Below are positions 32,501 to 45,569 of a DNA stretch of 51,473 nt, piece by piece. A model generated the notes under the pieces. That model did no database searches. It saw only the letters and a program-made list of their open reading frames with translations, and was not told where the DNA came from. Every line of letters starts with the position of its first letter. The first letter of the stretch is position 1. Position numbers and translations under genes: made by a program. Source of the DNA: Perkinsus chesapeaki ATCC PRA-425 (taxonomy: Eukaryota > Protista > Perkinsozoa); the NCBI GenBank assembly GCA_013115145.1, contig JAAPAO010000220.1, forward strand, positions 1 to 51,473, read 5' to 3'.

Positions 32501-35500
32501 GCATCGATAATATCTTAGTCGTCTCGACCTGTACCGAGTCACCACTGCTGTCACCACCACCTCATCAACTCACCTCAGCCTGCTTGCCGGATGCCTTCAT
32601 AGCTTCTACTAGCCGATCATTCAGCGAAAGCAAAGAGTTGATGTAAGCCTGAGCGAGCGACATGACTGCAGCCAGTGGCACGAGCTTCCATAACACACCT
32701 CGGTTCGATCCTTTGCAGCGGCACTTTCATTCTCATTTGACTTCACCGCCCTCCGCGCCTTATCCACTATAGCCTTTATTTGCTTCCTAGTGGTATCAAC
32801 ATCTCTCTCATATCGAGCCTGAAGATATATACATCGATCCAGAGGTTCGAACGCTCTGCCGCCTCGTGTGCGCCCACTTCAGCAGATTGCTAGCAAAAAC
32901 TTGAATGGCTCTTAACCAAAGCTATACGACCACATATCTTCTTAAACCTTAACAAGCCCTCATTCCCCACCTTGCCCTCCTCCGCCTCTTTCTTCCTTCT
33001 TTCATTCAACTCCTTATACTTCTCCCCAAGTGTCGTATACTTCTCTTTCATCTCGGCCATGGCTCCATCCTATCACACAGCATTGCTCTTATCGCTACTC
33101 CTGCTGTTGTAACCCTACCTTTGCCTTCAAAGCCTCAGCAGCCTCCCTTGCCAGACTTCTAACCTTATCTGCCTGATCAGCGCCAGATCGGTGCCATGCC
33201 TCAGCCAGAGCATTGCCCTGTTCCTTAGCCGCTGCCAACTGTTCATGCTGAAGGCACTCGGAGTCAGCAGGTTCCACTTTAAATCCGGCAACTCACCAAA
33301 GCCTTCAACTGCTTATGATAGTCCGTAGCTAGATCCGCTCGATTCTCGGCCTCCTCGCCCTGAATACATCGTAACTTGGGCAGCACACAGCAGGGAACTC
33401 CCTACCAGAACAGCGACGTCCTTAACCAACAGGTCGCGGTAGTCGGTGAGCTGCTTGATGAGGTCATCCCGAGCATCCAGTGCCTCAGTGAGCTTATCGA
33501 TGTGCTCCCCCTGATTCGAACCAGATACCTCTCGAATGAAAGTCGACCGCACTCACCTTCACCCTGTTGTCCTGATCATACTCTTCTATCATCGACTCTG
33601 CGCTGCAAAGGTCATCCTGGGCTTTCTGAAGACAGGCACAGCCGTCTCTTATCCTTCCCCCCCCACCGAAGCCTACAGCAAACTCTTGATGCATCTCCTC
33701 CAGCCTACTCTTCAGCTCCTCGATCTCCTCTTCATGGGACTTTCCATCAGCCTCAGCCTCCGACAGCTGCTTCCTCTGTACAGCAGGAACTCGACTTCAA
33801 GTAAGCCTCCGTCACCCTACCGCCTCCACCAGTGCCTCATTAGCTGCAGCTGCTCGCTGCTTATCCTCCTCCATCTCCTCATTGGCCTTCGATAACTCCT
33901 CCTTCAACGACTCAACATCACCACGTAGAGTAGCACAGACCTCCTCCAGATTCTTGGAGCGATACTCCTCCAGCTGAAGGCAACAAGGCTTTAAAAAGCT
34001 AACATACGCCAGCAGCGAGTCCAGCTGTGCATATGAGAATAAACTAATCGAAATCGTCAAGGCGAACAGAAGAGGATGAGTCCACAGCAAACCTCCGAAC
34101 AGCACGATGAATATCATTTAAGACCTTCCTACCTCCTTGGTCAACTCAGTTACGTTAGCCTCCAAACTCGACACCTTTCCATTGAGCCTCTCCACCTCCT
34201 CAGCTGCTTCCGCCGCTCTGCCACATAACTCCTACCAGCCCCCACCACCGCTAACCTCCTTACTCTGCCTTTGCCTTCCCCAGCTCCCCTTGCAACTCGG
34301 TCTCCCTATCCTGTGCCTCCGTCAAGGACATCTGGGCATCGGATAGCTCCTCCTCCTAAACCATCCACATCACCGCAACGCTGCCCACCCCCACCTTACC
34401 AAACCATCGGCCAAGTTCGCTCGTCCAACAGCCTGTTGCAGCTGCTCTTTAAGGCCCTTAACCTCTGCCTCATGCTCCTCTATATTGCTCGTCGCCTTAC
34501 TAGTAGCCATGGCTGACAGGACAGGTAACCCGTCGTCCTCCAGACTCCCTTAACCTTACCGACTAGTTCCTTAGCTTGTTCCTCCACCTGCCCCTTCAAA
34601 GCACCCACCTCCTGCAGTAGCGCATTATAGGTATCCTCCTTGGCCTCCAGCTCTCGTTGAAGCGCTTCCTAAACAGCAAGCTGCCCCCACAACTGTTAAA
34701 TCGCCTACCGCCTCGTCATCAGCCTTGGCTTTGCCTTCCTCAGCACTCTTCTGCTGCTCTCTAAGACCTAGGGTAGCCTCTGATAGCTCTTGAAGTGTCC
34801 GCTGGCGACCAGCCTCAGATTCTGACACCTCTAGCTATCACCATAGCCCCCCGCCTCCAACGTTTACCCTTGAGCTTAGAAGTCAAGTCGTCCACTTGCT
34901 GTTGCAGATACTCTACATCACTCTGAAGTTCTTCCACCTTCTCCGAACTTTCGTTGAGTTGGGACCTCAGTGATGCCTACCAGTGGCACTACCCTCAGCA
35001 CCAAAGATTCCACGCATGAACAAGGCAGATAAAAATAATGACGGAAACTAGTACCCACAGAACCGGGCAATGATCGAATTGACCTTCAGTGAAACGGTAA
35101 GATACATAATACCTCAATAATAGATGATGAAATCAGACAAGTTACGCGAGCTGCTAGTCCATACATTACAGACCCTCCTTAGAGAGGCACGCACACCAGT
35201 CGTTCTAGGCAATAACTACCTTATCCTCCTCAGCCATCCTCAATTCCTCCTTAGACGGTGTTTCGCCTTGCTGTTGTCCTCCCTGAGCTGGCTCAAAGTC
35301 CACCACCTCGTAGCTGGATGCCATTGACGATCCCTACAACCCCACACATCAATAACACTGGCTCCCATCCCCCCTACTACCCCATCTCTCTTAGGGCTGC
35401 TGGTCCTTTCCAGCTCATCAATCCTAGCCTCATACTTCTCGGTAGCCGCCGCCTAACAACACTCCTCTTCCCTTTCCCCTGCCTCCCCCTACATGTGCTT

Positions 35501-37010
35501 CATGGGCCTCCTTAAGCTCCTGTTGCAGCTCCTCCATAGCCTGCTGTGCCTCCACTGCTTTACTATCAAACTCCTTCCCTACAAAGACAGTCACCGACCA
35601 TCTTGCCCGACTTCCACGTACGCTGCTCAACCTTGGCCTCCTCAGCTTCAGCCAGCCTGTCCTCTGCCAGCTGCAGCTGCCCCTGAAGCTTCTCGACATC
35701 CGCGGCATCCACTGCATCTATACAGCGGCCGTCACCCCTCCGACCATTTCTATACCACACTTTACCTTGATTATTGCTAGATGACGCCTCCTCAGCTGCC
35801 TCCTAACACCACAAGCTTCCTCCTCCATGTTTCCCCCACTCACTGCCTCACCTCGGCCTTCTGCTTGGCTACCTCAGCTTCACTCAACCTCAGCTGCAGG
35901 TCCGAGTTCTCAACCTAAACCACTCTCCATCTCCACCAACACCCACCAGCTCCACTACATCCCTTTTATCCAACTCTTCCCGATACTTCTGCACAGTGCT
36001 CCTGAGCCTCTCCAGCTCCTCACTATCCTCGACTGACTTCGCCCCTGCTGCTGCTGCTGGAGTGCCCTGTAGAGCTGCCTGTAATGCAGTTATCTGAGGT
36101 AATGATGTATTATCCTTGCCTCCTGCCATTTGATAAAGTATTCAGTTCTGACTACAAAGATATCTACTCGGCGGAGAATACTAGTAATAATTTACTCTTA
36201 ATCACCGCCGATCACGTAGTAAAGTAGAGCCGAGTAATCTGGATCCCAATTATAGCTCAGTGCTAGGAATCCTCATATTTTCCCTACTAGCCTCGCCTCG
36301 TTGTCGACGACGCAACGTGGAGCCCGAGCTCGACGACGCTACCTTTTCTTCTTGCTCCTCCACCCTATTCCTCAGCCTTTTAATCTCCTCCTCCTCCCCT
36401 CCTGATGCTACTGCCTGCTGACCCTGCTGCTGCTGTTTCGTGTTGAGCCTATTAACCTCCTGAAGTGATGGATACATTATCTACCTCAGTCGGATACTAG
36501 GTTAACACTGCAGAGCACTCCACCATTACCAAGACGTCTGTGGCTGCTACTACTCTACGGTAGTAGGATAGCTTGTACAACTATAATACTCCGTACTGCT
36601 CTGTTAATTCATAGCTCTACTAAGCCTCCTTCCCCCAGGCCCCCTAAACCTACTGCTTGTAGCAGCTGTACTGTCTGTTGTAGCTGTTCTGCCTCCCTCT
36701 CTTTATTAGATAATGCTGCCCTCAATTGATCCCCCATGGTGGATTCTGATCATCATCACCTACCACCCTTCCCCCCAGCCTCAGCTCACCTCTATTCAAC
36801 CTATCCATAGCCGAATCCAACTTCATCTGCATATCCTGGAGCTCCTCACTGCGCCAGTCACCTCCGGACGACTCCATCGACTCTGAGTCACATCCCTCCT
36901 ACTTCTCAGCTTCCAATGTACCCACCTGGCGACCGCTGCAGCCCCCCTCGTGGCGCTCCCTCGTTTTGATGTTCGCTTTGCGATTCCTCCCCGAATAGCC
37001 GGGATAACAT
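29542..37010 (-). CDS. Large coiled-coil protein with a ~800-aa acidic low-complexity terminal exon (golgin/tether-like)
   Basis: Start MLSRLFGEESQS at 37010; many short E/K/Q/A-rich heptad exons from 32.3 to 36.9 kb; a single 2.4-kb last exon (804-aa ORF 29542-31956) ending DDLDDDFWDLLNSA*. Confidence 0.75.
30274..30414 (-). repeat. 42-bp coding tandem repeat x3.3 (HLEPANAHGEEATA/V)
   Basis: Units start at 30274, 30316, 30358 and (partial) 30400. Confidence 0.9.
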
Positions 37011-37309
37011 ATCAGTGAAAAACTACTGCAGTGGAATCGGTACAAATTGGCACTATGAGGATCATCATCCCGCAATCTCCAAGCCTGACATTCTCGAGAG
37101 ACGACTTGGGGGAACTCAAGCCGACAAACAAACACAAAAACACGTTTAGCAAAGCAGCCGACAGATGACAGCTGAACCTCCATCTGGGAGAACTCAACAC
37201 GAGGAGGTCCGAACAGAAAAGACCTATTCAAAAATCTCACAGACAGGTCACCGCAGGAGGCTCATCAGACAAAGAACCAACTGCTATGATGATGATGTTG
37301 TTGAAAACC

Positions 37310-39711
37310 TTACACTTTGTAGTAGTTAGCCTCGACAAATGGCATCTTAGTAACCTAATACGAATCCTCATATCCCTTCATTCTACTAGCCTCTACCGTA
37401 GCCTCATTGATCTTGCTTCTCACTTCAGTCTGCACTACTGTATCACTTTTGGTGTAGCCTGCCTTAACGTAACCCATCGCCACTGGTCGGTTAAGTGTAG
37501 GACTAAACGTCCCTGATGTAACCTCACCAATCTAAAACACACCAGTCCTATAGCAGGGGCACACCAGCACACAATCTGTCCCCCCCTTCCACCCTTTCAT
37601 CATACATATTCCACTTGATCTCTATAATAGGTTCAAACAATATCAACCACTCGATTCCCCTTGTCTTATAGCTATATCCTTGAAGGCTTCAGCCGATTTT
37701 CAGCACTCTAACGCGAGATATTCAATTTTAATCAACTTGCCCAACAAACGCGAACGCACTGTATATATTAAAGCATATAACAATTAATAATTATGATAAT
37801 AGCAATAATACTATATATTCACAATCCATATTATAATACGTATTAAATCACTTCCCCCTATACCACCCTTCCAGCCTCACCTTCTCCCCCTCAGTGTTCA
37901 GTATAGGACTGCCCTCCCTAGCCGGTGGCCCCGTTACCAGCAGGCCCACTCGCTTCCGATCAACTCCACCTGCCGCACATGTCACACCCTACCCCCTTCC
38001 CGATGGTTCCCACCTTTCTTGGCCTGCTGCAAGAATATTTCCGCTCCGGGGAAGTTGGCTTCGTTACGTCGACGCTTCGATACCGTCCATCCTAGGGCCG
38101 CCTCGGCCACTGAGATCCACCACTGTAACATATTGCTTGCTGCCCTATTGCTACCAGTAGTGGACTCCGATATATCATGGCCATATAAGCAAAGGCCAGC
38201 CTCGATCCGTAGGGTATCCCTGGCTCCTAGACCAGCTGGGAGGACGGTCTGAGCAAGGAGGACACTTTGCCCCGTAAAGTAGCCTACTCCGAAATGTCCG
38301 AATCTTCCTCGAGCATTCATCTCATCGCCTCACGGAAGTGTGCTCCGTGAAATTCTATTAAGTGCTACCAACGGCTGAGTTGTACACTGGGTTCCACTGG
38401 AAGATATGACTCCAAAGAGAGTCCCGTCGTCCAAAGACATGACCGGTAATAATTCCTCCCCTCCTCCTCCTCCATACGACCTCATCATCGATCATCCTCT
38501 CCGCTATAGCATTAGCTCCCTCTGGTGTTGGTATAGATACCTCAAAGCCATCCTCACCGGTATACCCACATCTTGTCACCGTGACGTTTGGTATATCATT
38601 CACAGTCGTAGTAAAGGATACCATAAACGGCACCTAGCAGCAGCAGCCGAGTCCAAGCCAACATCAGCGGTGCTGCTCCTCATTTACCTTGGTAAGGTCC
38701 TCATTGAGCATCGTCTGGAGGACTTCCATAGCCTTAGGGCCCTGTAGAGCTATTAAAGAGGCCTCTGGATGGGGCTGCAGACTAACTTCACCATCGAACT
38801 CCTCGAGGGCTTTCTCCTACATGAACGTATAATGAGGGCAGTAGAGCTATCTTTCCATCCTACTATATGCAGCATATCTTTGTCAGTGTTACTGGCATTA
38901 AGGACCACATAGAGATGATCACCTTCATTGCAGACAACAGTATCATCAATAATAGTAGATTGTGGTGTTGTTAATAGTGTAAGTCTGCCTAAATAATTGA
39001 TCAACACATATAGCTCACAACACGCTCGACTATATCCCGTCTGTAGCGCCACAAAATAACAAGTATGAAAAAGACGTCCAACTCGCCTAGCAAGGAGAAG
39101 CGTGGATGATGAATGCATCGCTCCGCCCCCACAAGCATGAAGCCGATTCAAAGAGTTCAAGACTACAGGCTGCTGTATACTGTAGTCTTTAGCCTACATC
39201 GGCGACTAGCTAATATGAATAGCACTGGCAAGCACCTGAGCACCCTGTCCCCTGCATTCCCGAATAGACCTGAGCCGGCTCTTAAACTTCCCTCCAATAC
39301 TACCCTCTCCAGGCTTTAGTATAGCCAGATCTCCCACTGTAAGTGATTCCATAAATCTAACCCTATCCTTTCCGAATACACGTAGTTGGCCCATATGAGA
39401 CACATCGAACAGCGACGCCTCAGCCCTACAGCCAGCAGCACTACACAGCAACAACAACCTTTCTGATCTACCTAGTATGCAGGCAACTAGTAATAATGCC
39501 GGTATCTTTGTACTGCACCGGCATGGCCCAGCCGGCAAAGTCAACCATCTTAGCACCATGAGCCAGGTGAAAGTCATACCTAATCGCAGCGCCGAGTGAA
39601 GCGAAGCAACCGTCAAAGCATCCGCTACAGTGCAGTCTTTTTTAGAGCTGCAGCGGTCGCCATCGACGAGGACATCCTCACAGCCCCACTCGAGAGAGCA
39701 TTACGCAGCAT
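37310..39711 (-). CDS. GCVT: Glycine cleavage system T protein (aminomethyltransferase), mitochondrial, multi-exon
   Basis: [120 protein letters not shown]. Confidence 0.97.
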
Positions 39712-39749
39712 AGGGAGGAGAGGGTTGGGCTACAGGGCTCTAGGAGACA

Positions 39750-41730
39750 ATACTCAACACAAAACCTCCACAGTAGTAGATGAGACGGCAGCTTCCTTGG
39801 AACATGGCATGCCCTTCACGGCATCGTCTCGAAGCTCTCGGCATGTCCATATCCTAGACTCAGCTCGAGTGCATAGGACGGCCTAGTCGCCTTAGGTCCT
39901 CCCTAGCTGCCTCAGAGTATCTAAATATCTTGCTAATGCAAGCTCCAACCTTGACCAGACAGTACTTCAGGAAATCCCTCACGATATGATCCTTGATGTC
40001 CTCATACCATTCCCTTCCTCCTCCCTCGCCCGGCGTACTGCCTTCCCTATCAGTCTGACAAGTACCTTCTTTACTCTGTGACCCTGTGGCAGCTCTCGTC
40101 CTCAATACTGCCACTCGCAGGAGCCTGATGACATTGCAAGCCAAGGAAGTAGCTAAACCGTCTCCGGAAGAAGAAGACACATTTCGGAATCACACGGTGG
40201 TCTATGTCGCCGGCCGGCTGCCGTCCAGGAGGTTTCCCATCTAGACTCGTCGCTTCAGAAATACGACTTTTCTGTACGTACACATAGTGGCAGCTCTCGT
40301 CCTCAATACTGCCACTCGCAGGAGCCTGATGACATTGCAAGCCAAGGAAGTAGCTAAACNNNNNNNNNNNNNNNNNNNNNNNNNNNNNNNNNNNNNNNNN
40401 NNNNNNNNNNNNNNNNNNNNNNNNNNNNNNNNNNNNNNNNNNNNNNNNNNNNNNNNNNCGGCTGCCGTCCAGGAGGTTTCCCATCTAGACTCGTCGCTTC
40501 AGAAATACGACTTTTCTGTACGTACACATAGTCGGAGTAACCCCAATAAAAGATTTTTTATTCTCTATGATCTCCCCATCGGCTCAATCTGCACTCACGA
40601 TGAGGAGGATGTCGGCTCCTATACTACCTCCTATTCCCCTCTACTCCATCCGCCCCCAGCCTAGTATCCTGCCTCTCACTGGCCTCCTCCTTAGCTGGAT
40701 TCCCAGCAGCGAAAGGCCCATTTTGTGGCGTACTATTCCTGGCCCCTCCTTCTCTGCTACTAAATAGAGTCCTTAGTAAGGATTGGTAAGGTCCAGCAAG
40801 GACTCCTTACTGACAACAAGCTCATCACCACTTACCTCGCTGGCCTTCGTTGACCTTTGACGTAGCTGTATGTCCTCCTCGGTGTGTCACAGACCACAGG
40901 TGCCAGGAAGCGGTCACATATCTACAACATTGTTGTTACAACAGCAGTAGTAGCAGGAGGAGGAGGCCCATAAAACGACATCGAATGTTCCCCGAATATT
41001 AATAGACAGTCCGATCGAATATTAACCTTGTTTAAGGAAGAATGCTTTATCGCAGCGACCGTGTACGCACCCCCTCTTCATTACCTTATCATTTGCCATG
41101 CCTTGCCTCCTTCCCACCTTCCTCCCTCGGCCTCCCCCCGGAGCATCCCTCCAACCATATCCGCCTCTACCATGGATGACAGCATAACCATTCTCACTAC
41201 CACCCTCCGAAGGCTCCCCTCCACCAGACCTTTGTCTCCTATAATAGACCCGGGGCCCAGATGAGGCTCTTTTAGACCTTCCCCTCCCTTTTGCCTTCTT
41301 ACGGTGGTCAAACATATCCTCCAAGTGGGGATGGTCAATACCTAGATCACCCATATATCCACCTATCCCCTACAGCCAGCCTCACTCAGCACTCCATTCC
41401 CTCCTTCTATCCGTCCCACCAAGCCAAGGAACATCCTGGTAGCATCTCCACGGCTCGTGAAGTAGTGAAGCTCATAGCAGCAGTAGTCGATAAATTCAAT
41501 ACACGAGACCGTCCTGAGCCCCCCGCAGCTGTGCCCCAATCCCACGGCCCTCTACTACCCCGTCGAAGTGCCGTCCATCGCCACCAGCGCCTCTCTAATG
41601 CCACCGAACCGCCCCTTCAGGAACGCTCCAAACTCCTCAACTGCCTCATCCGTCGGCAGGCTCCCTGCCATCCGTCCGCCCCCTATGGCCGAACTACCTT
41701 AGTTGATCTAACACAACCTATGCCGTGATG
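39750..41730 (+). CDS. Possible multi-exon hypothetical gene (strand and ends uncertain; contains an assembly gap)
   Basis: Coding-like + frames such as VAALVLNTATRRSLMTLQAKEVAKPSPEEEDTFRNHTVVYVAGRLPSRRFP and PDEALLDLPLPFAFLRWSNISSKW; no family motif. Confidence 0.25.
40087..40530. repeat. 200-bp direct duplication spanning an N gap (40360-40458)
   Basis: 40087-40286 is repeated from 40287 up to the gap and resumes after it with sequence matching 40215 onward. Confidence 0.85.
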
Positions 41731-41856
41731 GAGTAGGAAACAGGAAGGACTAAGTACGTGGTAAAATTGGGCACGATGGCGGTGGCGGTGGTACCAATCA
41801 TCAATCGAATAATCTTATCATCATCGCACCACCAAAGGTTATATACGTTTGCCATC

Positions 41857-44800
41857 TTAGCTGGTGGTGGTAAAGTTGTTGCGATTGGCACCACCAGTCG
41901 TGGCCGCTACCCCCGCCGCACCGAGGATCTGGTCTAGGAGGCTCGGCAAGAGCTTCGATGGCAGTGGGCAAATATGTGACGGAGCTGTGGGCTCAACAAC
42001 GCTGTTCAGCGCCTTCATCTAACATAAGCAACCATCCTGTCCTATATTCTCGCGCGCCACAATATTACCACATTCACATTGCCCAGGCGTTCGTCTACCA
42101 AATTCCACTGGTCCATAGCGTCTATGAGATCCTCCATATCCTGCTCCTCCTCCTCAGGCTCCTCATCAACAAGCATCTTGCTGTCCTCCACAGCCTCTTC
42201 GACGCCCTCCTCAACCACAGGCATTGCAGCATTAATCCTAGTAACACCTTCAATAGGTGAGTCAGGGTCCATCTTGAGAACCTAAGACAACATCCATGGA
42301 CCAAGCCAGTGGGAGTGTACCTACCTTGCCAGACTGGTCCCATACCAGGACCAGACCAGATGCCAGCACGCAGGAGTCAACTGCTGGGGAGGGAAGAGGG
42401 ACGCTTGACACGATCTTAAGTGATGGAGCCGCGAAGCACAGGACCTACAACCCCCCCGCAGTTCCAGTCCAAAGGGCGGCATATGACTACCTTGCGCGGA
42501 CAAGTAACAAACATCTTAGACTCTCCTGGTTGACCAGAGAGGGACGAGGCCTTGCCGTGGAAGGTAATAACCTTCTTAATCTTCAACGTTAATAAATCCA
42601 CCGATGTCAACAGGGACACTGCGACACAACACAGATTCCGAATGACCACCGTAACCCTTCTACCTCCCTTGCTAGCCGTGAGACAGTACAGGCGCGTACC
42701 AGCTAGATGGACGCCTCTCACAAGCATTGACAGGTGCTAAAGATAAGACTAGTACGCACAACAACACTAGTAGCAGCCCTACAATGCGGCCTGCTGTGAG
42801 CTCCGAGTAGGTATCGAGCGCCCATATGGTAACGTATTTATCAAATGCTGCCACCAGCACCTGAGGACGAGGCCACTGCCGCCCCTCCGGCTGGCCAACC
42901 ATTCTTACCGATCCATCCTTATCAGAGGTCATGGCCCGTGGGGTAGTATGGCCTCGCCAGCCCAGTGAAGCTCTGAGCTCCCACCGACTGCTGCTGCTGC
43001 TGCCGGCCTTCTCATCATCAGCCTTCACCAAACCCCACACAGATATCGTGCCTGCCATAACTCAGCGTCATCACTTTGAGCCTGACCTACCATCCCGAGA
43101 GGCCGAGGCGAAGAGCTGCTCCGTCTCGCTGCCATCAGCGGCCATGGCCGGCAACTTCCGTGTGATGGGCAACAGGGCGGTGATACGGTCATTATGTGGT
43201 GACACGCATACCTACACCAATCACCATCCACGTCCCTGCGGCGGCGGCCTTCTTTGTTGTCTATTACAGTATGAAGCCTATTAGCTTTCCTATCCCAGAA
43301 CTTCAGTAGTGTCTCATCTCCCTCATCCTCCAGAGCGCTTGGTCGATACAAAGCCCCCACCAACCAGGAGCCATCGGAGCTGCCACTGGTGGCTGACACC
43401 ACCTAAGAGATCACAATTCAGGCCTACCGCCATCGGTTTGGTGTACCCAAGGCACCGCTGGTATGGCTGTCTTGCTGCCGGTCTGCCAGGCTGTCGTTAC
43501 GAAGTTACGTGCCACCAATGGAACGATCTCATCAGCTAGTCGAAGCTCTACAGCATCGAATACCTGCGTAGGAGTTACTCTGTGTGGGATTCGACCCGCA
43601 GACCTCTTCGACACTGAACCACAACCTTAACCACCGTACTACCTGGATATCTGTGAATGCCGGTGAGCTGACCAACACAGCATTGTCCTCCAATGCCGTT
43701 AGGCAGCATGAGCTTGATGATGGCTCCACTGCCGACCTCTCAGTTGCGCGTTTGTTATCTTTCCTCGTACCCTCCTCCGGTGCAGCCTCGATTGTCGCCA
43801 TGCCATAGAGTGTCGATTTTCTGATGCCATCCAATCTCACGCACCACTACCCTCTACCAGCATCCAGCTCACAGTTGGTTATTATTAACATCGACAATGG
43901 AGACCGAGTTGCCCTTCCCAACGACTGCCACTAATCCCTGAGCAGCCGGTCCAACAGCCATCTGTGCCGCTCCACTTCGGGCGATTCGGGGCAACACTCC
44001 TGGGTGCCTTTGAGACGGTGACGTCCATTGACATAGGACCTGATGGAGGCCGAAAGGTGCCATCTCCAGTGTCGAGCTGGCAGCCTACCGCTTCACCGGC
44101 CACGGAAATGAGTACGTCGCTGGAGCCAGCGAATGCCAAACCCTTAACGGCCGTACAATGCCAATGCTGCTCGCTCTTAACTGCCTCCCTCTCACCCGGA
44201 CCCACCAAACTACTATTGCCTTCACCCGAGAACACGTACCTTAATGAGATGGTTAGACACTATACGACGATACACGCCGCACTACCATCGCCTTATACGG
44301 CCGCACTGGTCACCAGTGGCAACATGGTCGTCCGCTGGATGGAAGGCGAGCGACTGAAGGACATCGGCCATCAAAGTCTAAATGCTGCTGCTGTTGTTGT
44401 CTCTCACAGTGAGCTTGTTATGTGACGCCCCCCGCAATGGCTGCCTCCATTCCCTTGTAACCTTTTCACTCCGGCAGTTCACCAATAATCGTCCAGCATG
44501 CCCTCCAACCTAAGATTCTTGCATCGACCTAAGCAGTCCCAGAGGCTTACAATGGCGGCAGCAAAGCGTCCAGAGGGTGACACCTGCATGGCATGGATGC
44601 AGCCGGCATACACATGGGCGTATCTGTAAACGAGCATCACCGCCGCCGCCCTGCTGCGGCCGAGAACCATTACACTTTCCCAGTGGCCAAGTCGAACTCG
44701 CATAGGGTACCCTTCGGATAGGCCGGAGTAGCTCCCTCATCCTCTAGTACTACGAACCTGAAACAAGGTACCCAATAGCAGCCAGCCGTAGGATGCCAGC

Positions 44801-45289
44801 GGTGACCACCTACCAGACGTTCCGGGCTTTATCGGAGTCCATGAAGCGAATGGGCTTGTCCAAATTATGGACCTTGGAACATACATCCCCCTTCCACTCT
44901 CTCACAGTGCCATCTAGACCACAACCTGGCAGGGCAGTGTTGCCAGTAAAGGTGAGGTTGAGGATACTTACTGACAAGGTCGCCATCTGAGTTGAGGCAA
45001 AGACCGGTGACGGCATCCTCGTGCCCGAAGAGAACCGATACCAAGCTCTCTGAGCTTACACTGTATTTCAGGATCTCCCTGCCGCTGCCACAGTAAAGGA
45101 ACCTAGGACGGGTGTAAGGTACACCAGCAGACTGGGCGGGATGGCGACGGCCTACTTGCTGTCTCGGGAGAATACCGGTTTCACTTTCGAGAGATCACCG
45201 GATATGATTTCTGTACGTAACGACGGGACATCGGCAAAGTCCACCTTCTGTGGCTTCACTGATACGTCCGTCGAAGCTGCAGGGCTCAT
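41857..45289 (-). CDS. WDR75: WD40 protein WDR75/UTP17/NAN1 (t-UTP, SSU processome), multi-exon
   Basis: N-terminal GDLSKVKPVFSRDSK, GLDGTVREW, HWHCTAVKGLAF, PGVLPRI, DIQVFD..EIVPLVARNFV and C-terminal PSKLLPSLLD follow the WDR75 order (AVFSADSK, SLDGTIKLW, HWHxxxVxxLAF, FLPRLG, HLQFY, LPxxxxL). Confidence 0.75.
43564..43642 (-). other. 79-nt spliceosomal intron consisting almost entirely of a tRNA-like sequence
   Basis: GTAGTACGGTGGTTAAGG...CTGCGGGTCGAATCCCAC...CTACGCAG. Removal joins ..FTDIQ to VFDAVELRL in frame. A-box-like and B-box-like motifs sit at exact tRNA spacing (T8 to C56). Confidence 0.55.
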
Positions 45290-45333
45290 GCAACAACAAG
45301 AACAACACGACTGATGAGATAGAGGACGCTGCT

Positions 45334-45420
45334 GCCGCCGAACTCCGGTGGGGATGTCCGCGTCACGCGCCACGAAATTCCTGGGAGCGAGAGATCAAGG
45401 TTCGAATCCCACGGACGGCA
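45334..45420 (+). pseudogene. Degenerate tRNA-like element with intact B-box and T5 terminator
   Basis: Perfect GGTTCGAATCC at 45399-45409; acceptor-like pairing GCCGCCG/GGACGGC with discriminator A; TTTTT at 45425-45429; weak A-box AACTCCGGTGG. Confidence 0.5.
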
Positions 45421-45569
45421 AGTATTTTTCCTTTACCCCGCTCGAAGATCTTGGAAACTATTTTGTGCGCATTGATATAACTGAGTCAGCCAGGCGGATA
45501 AACTGTGATAAAATGAAGATATCTTTTAGACTATGCTTCTCTTTATAATTTATAACTTGTAAGTTTGAC

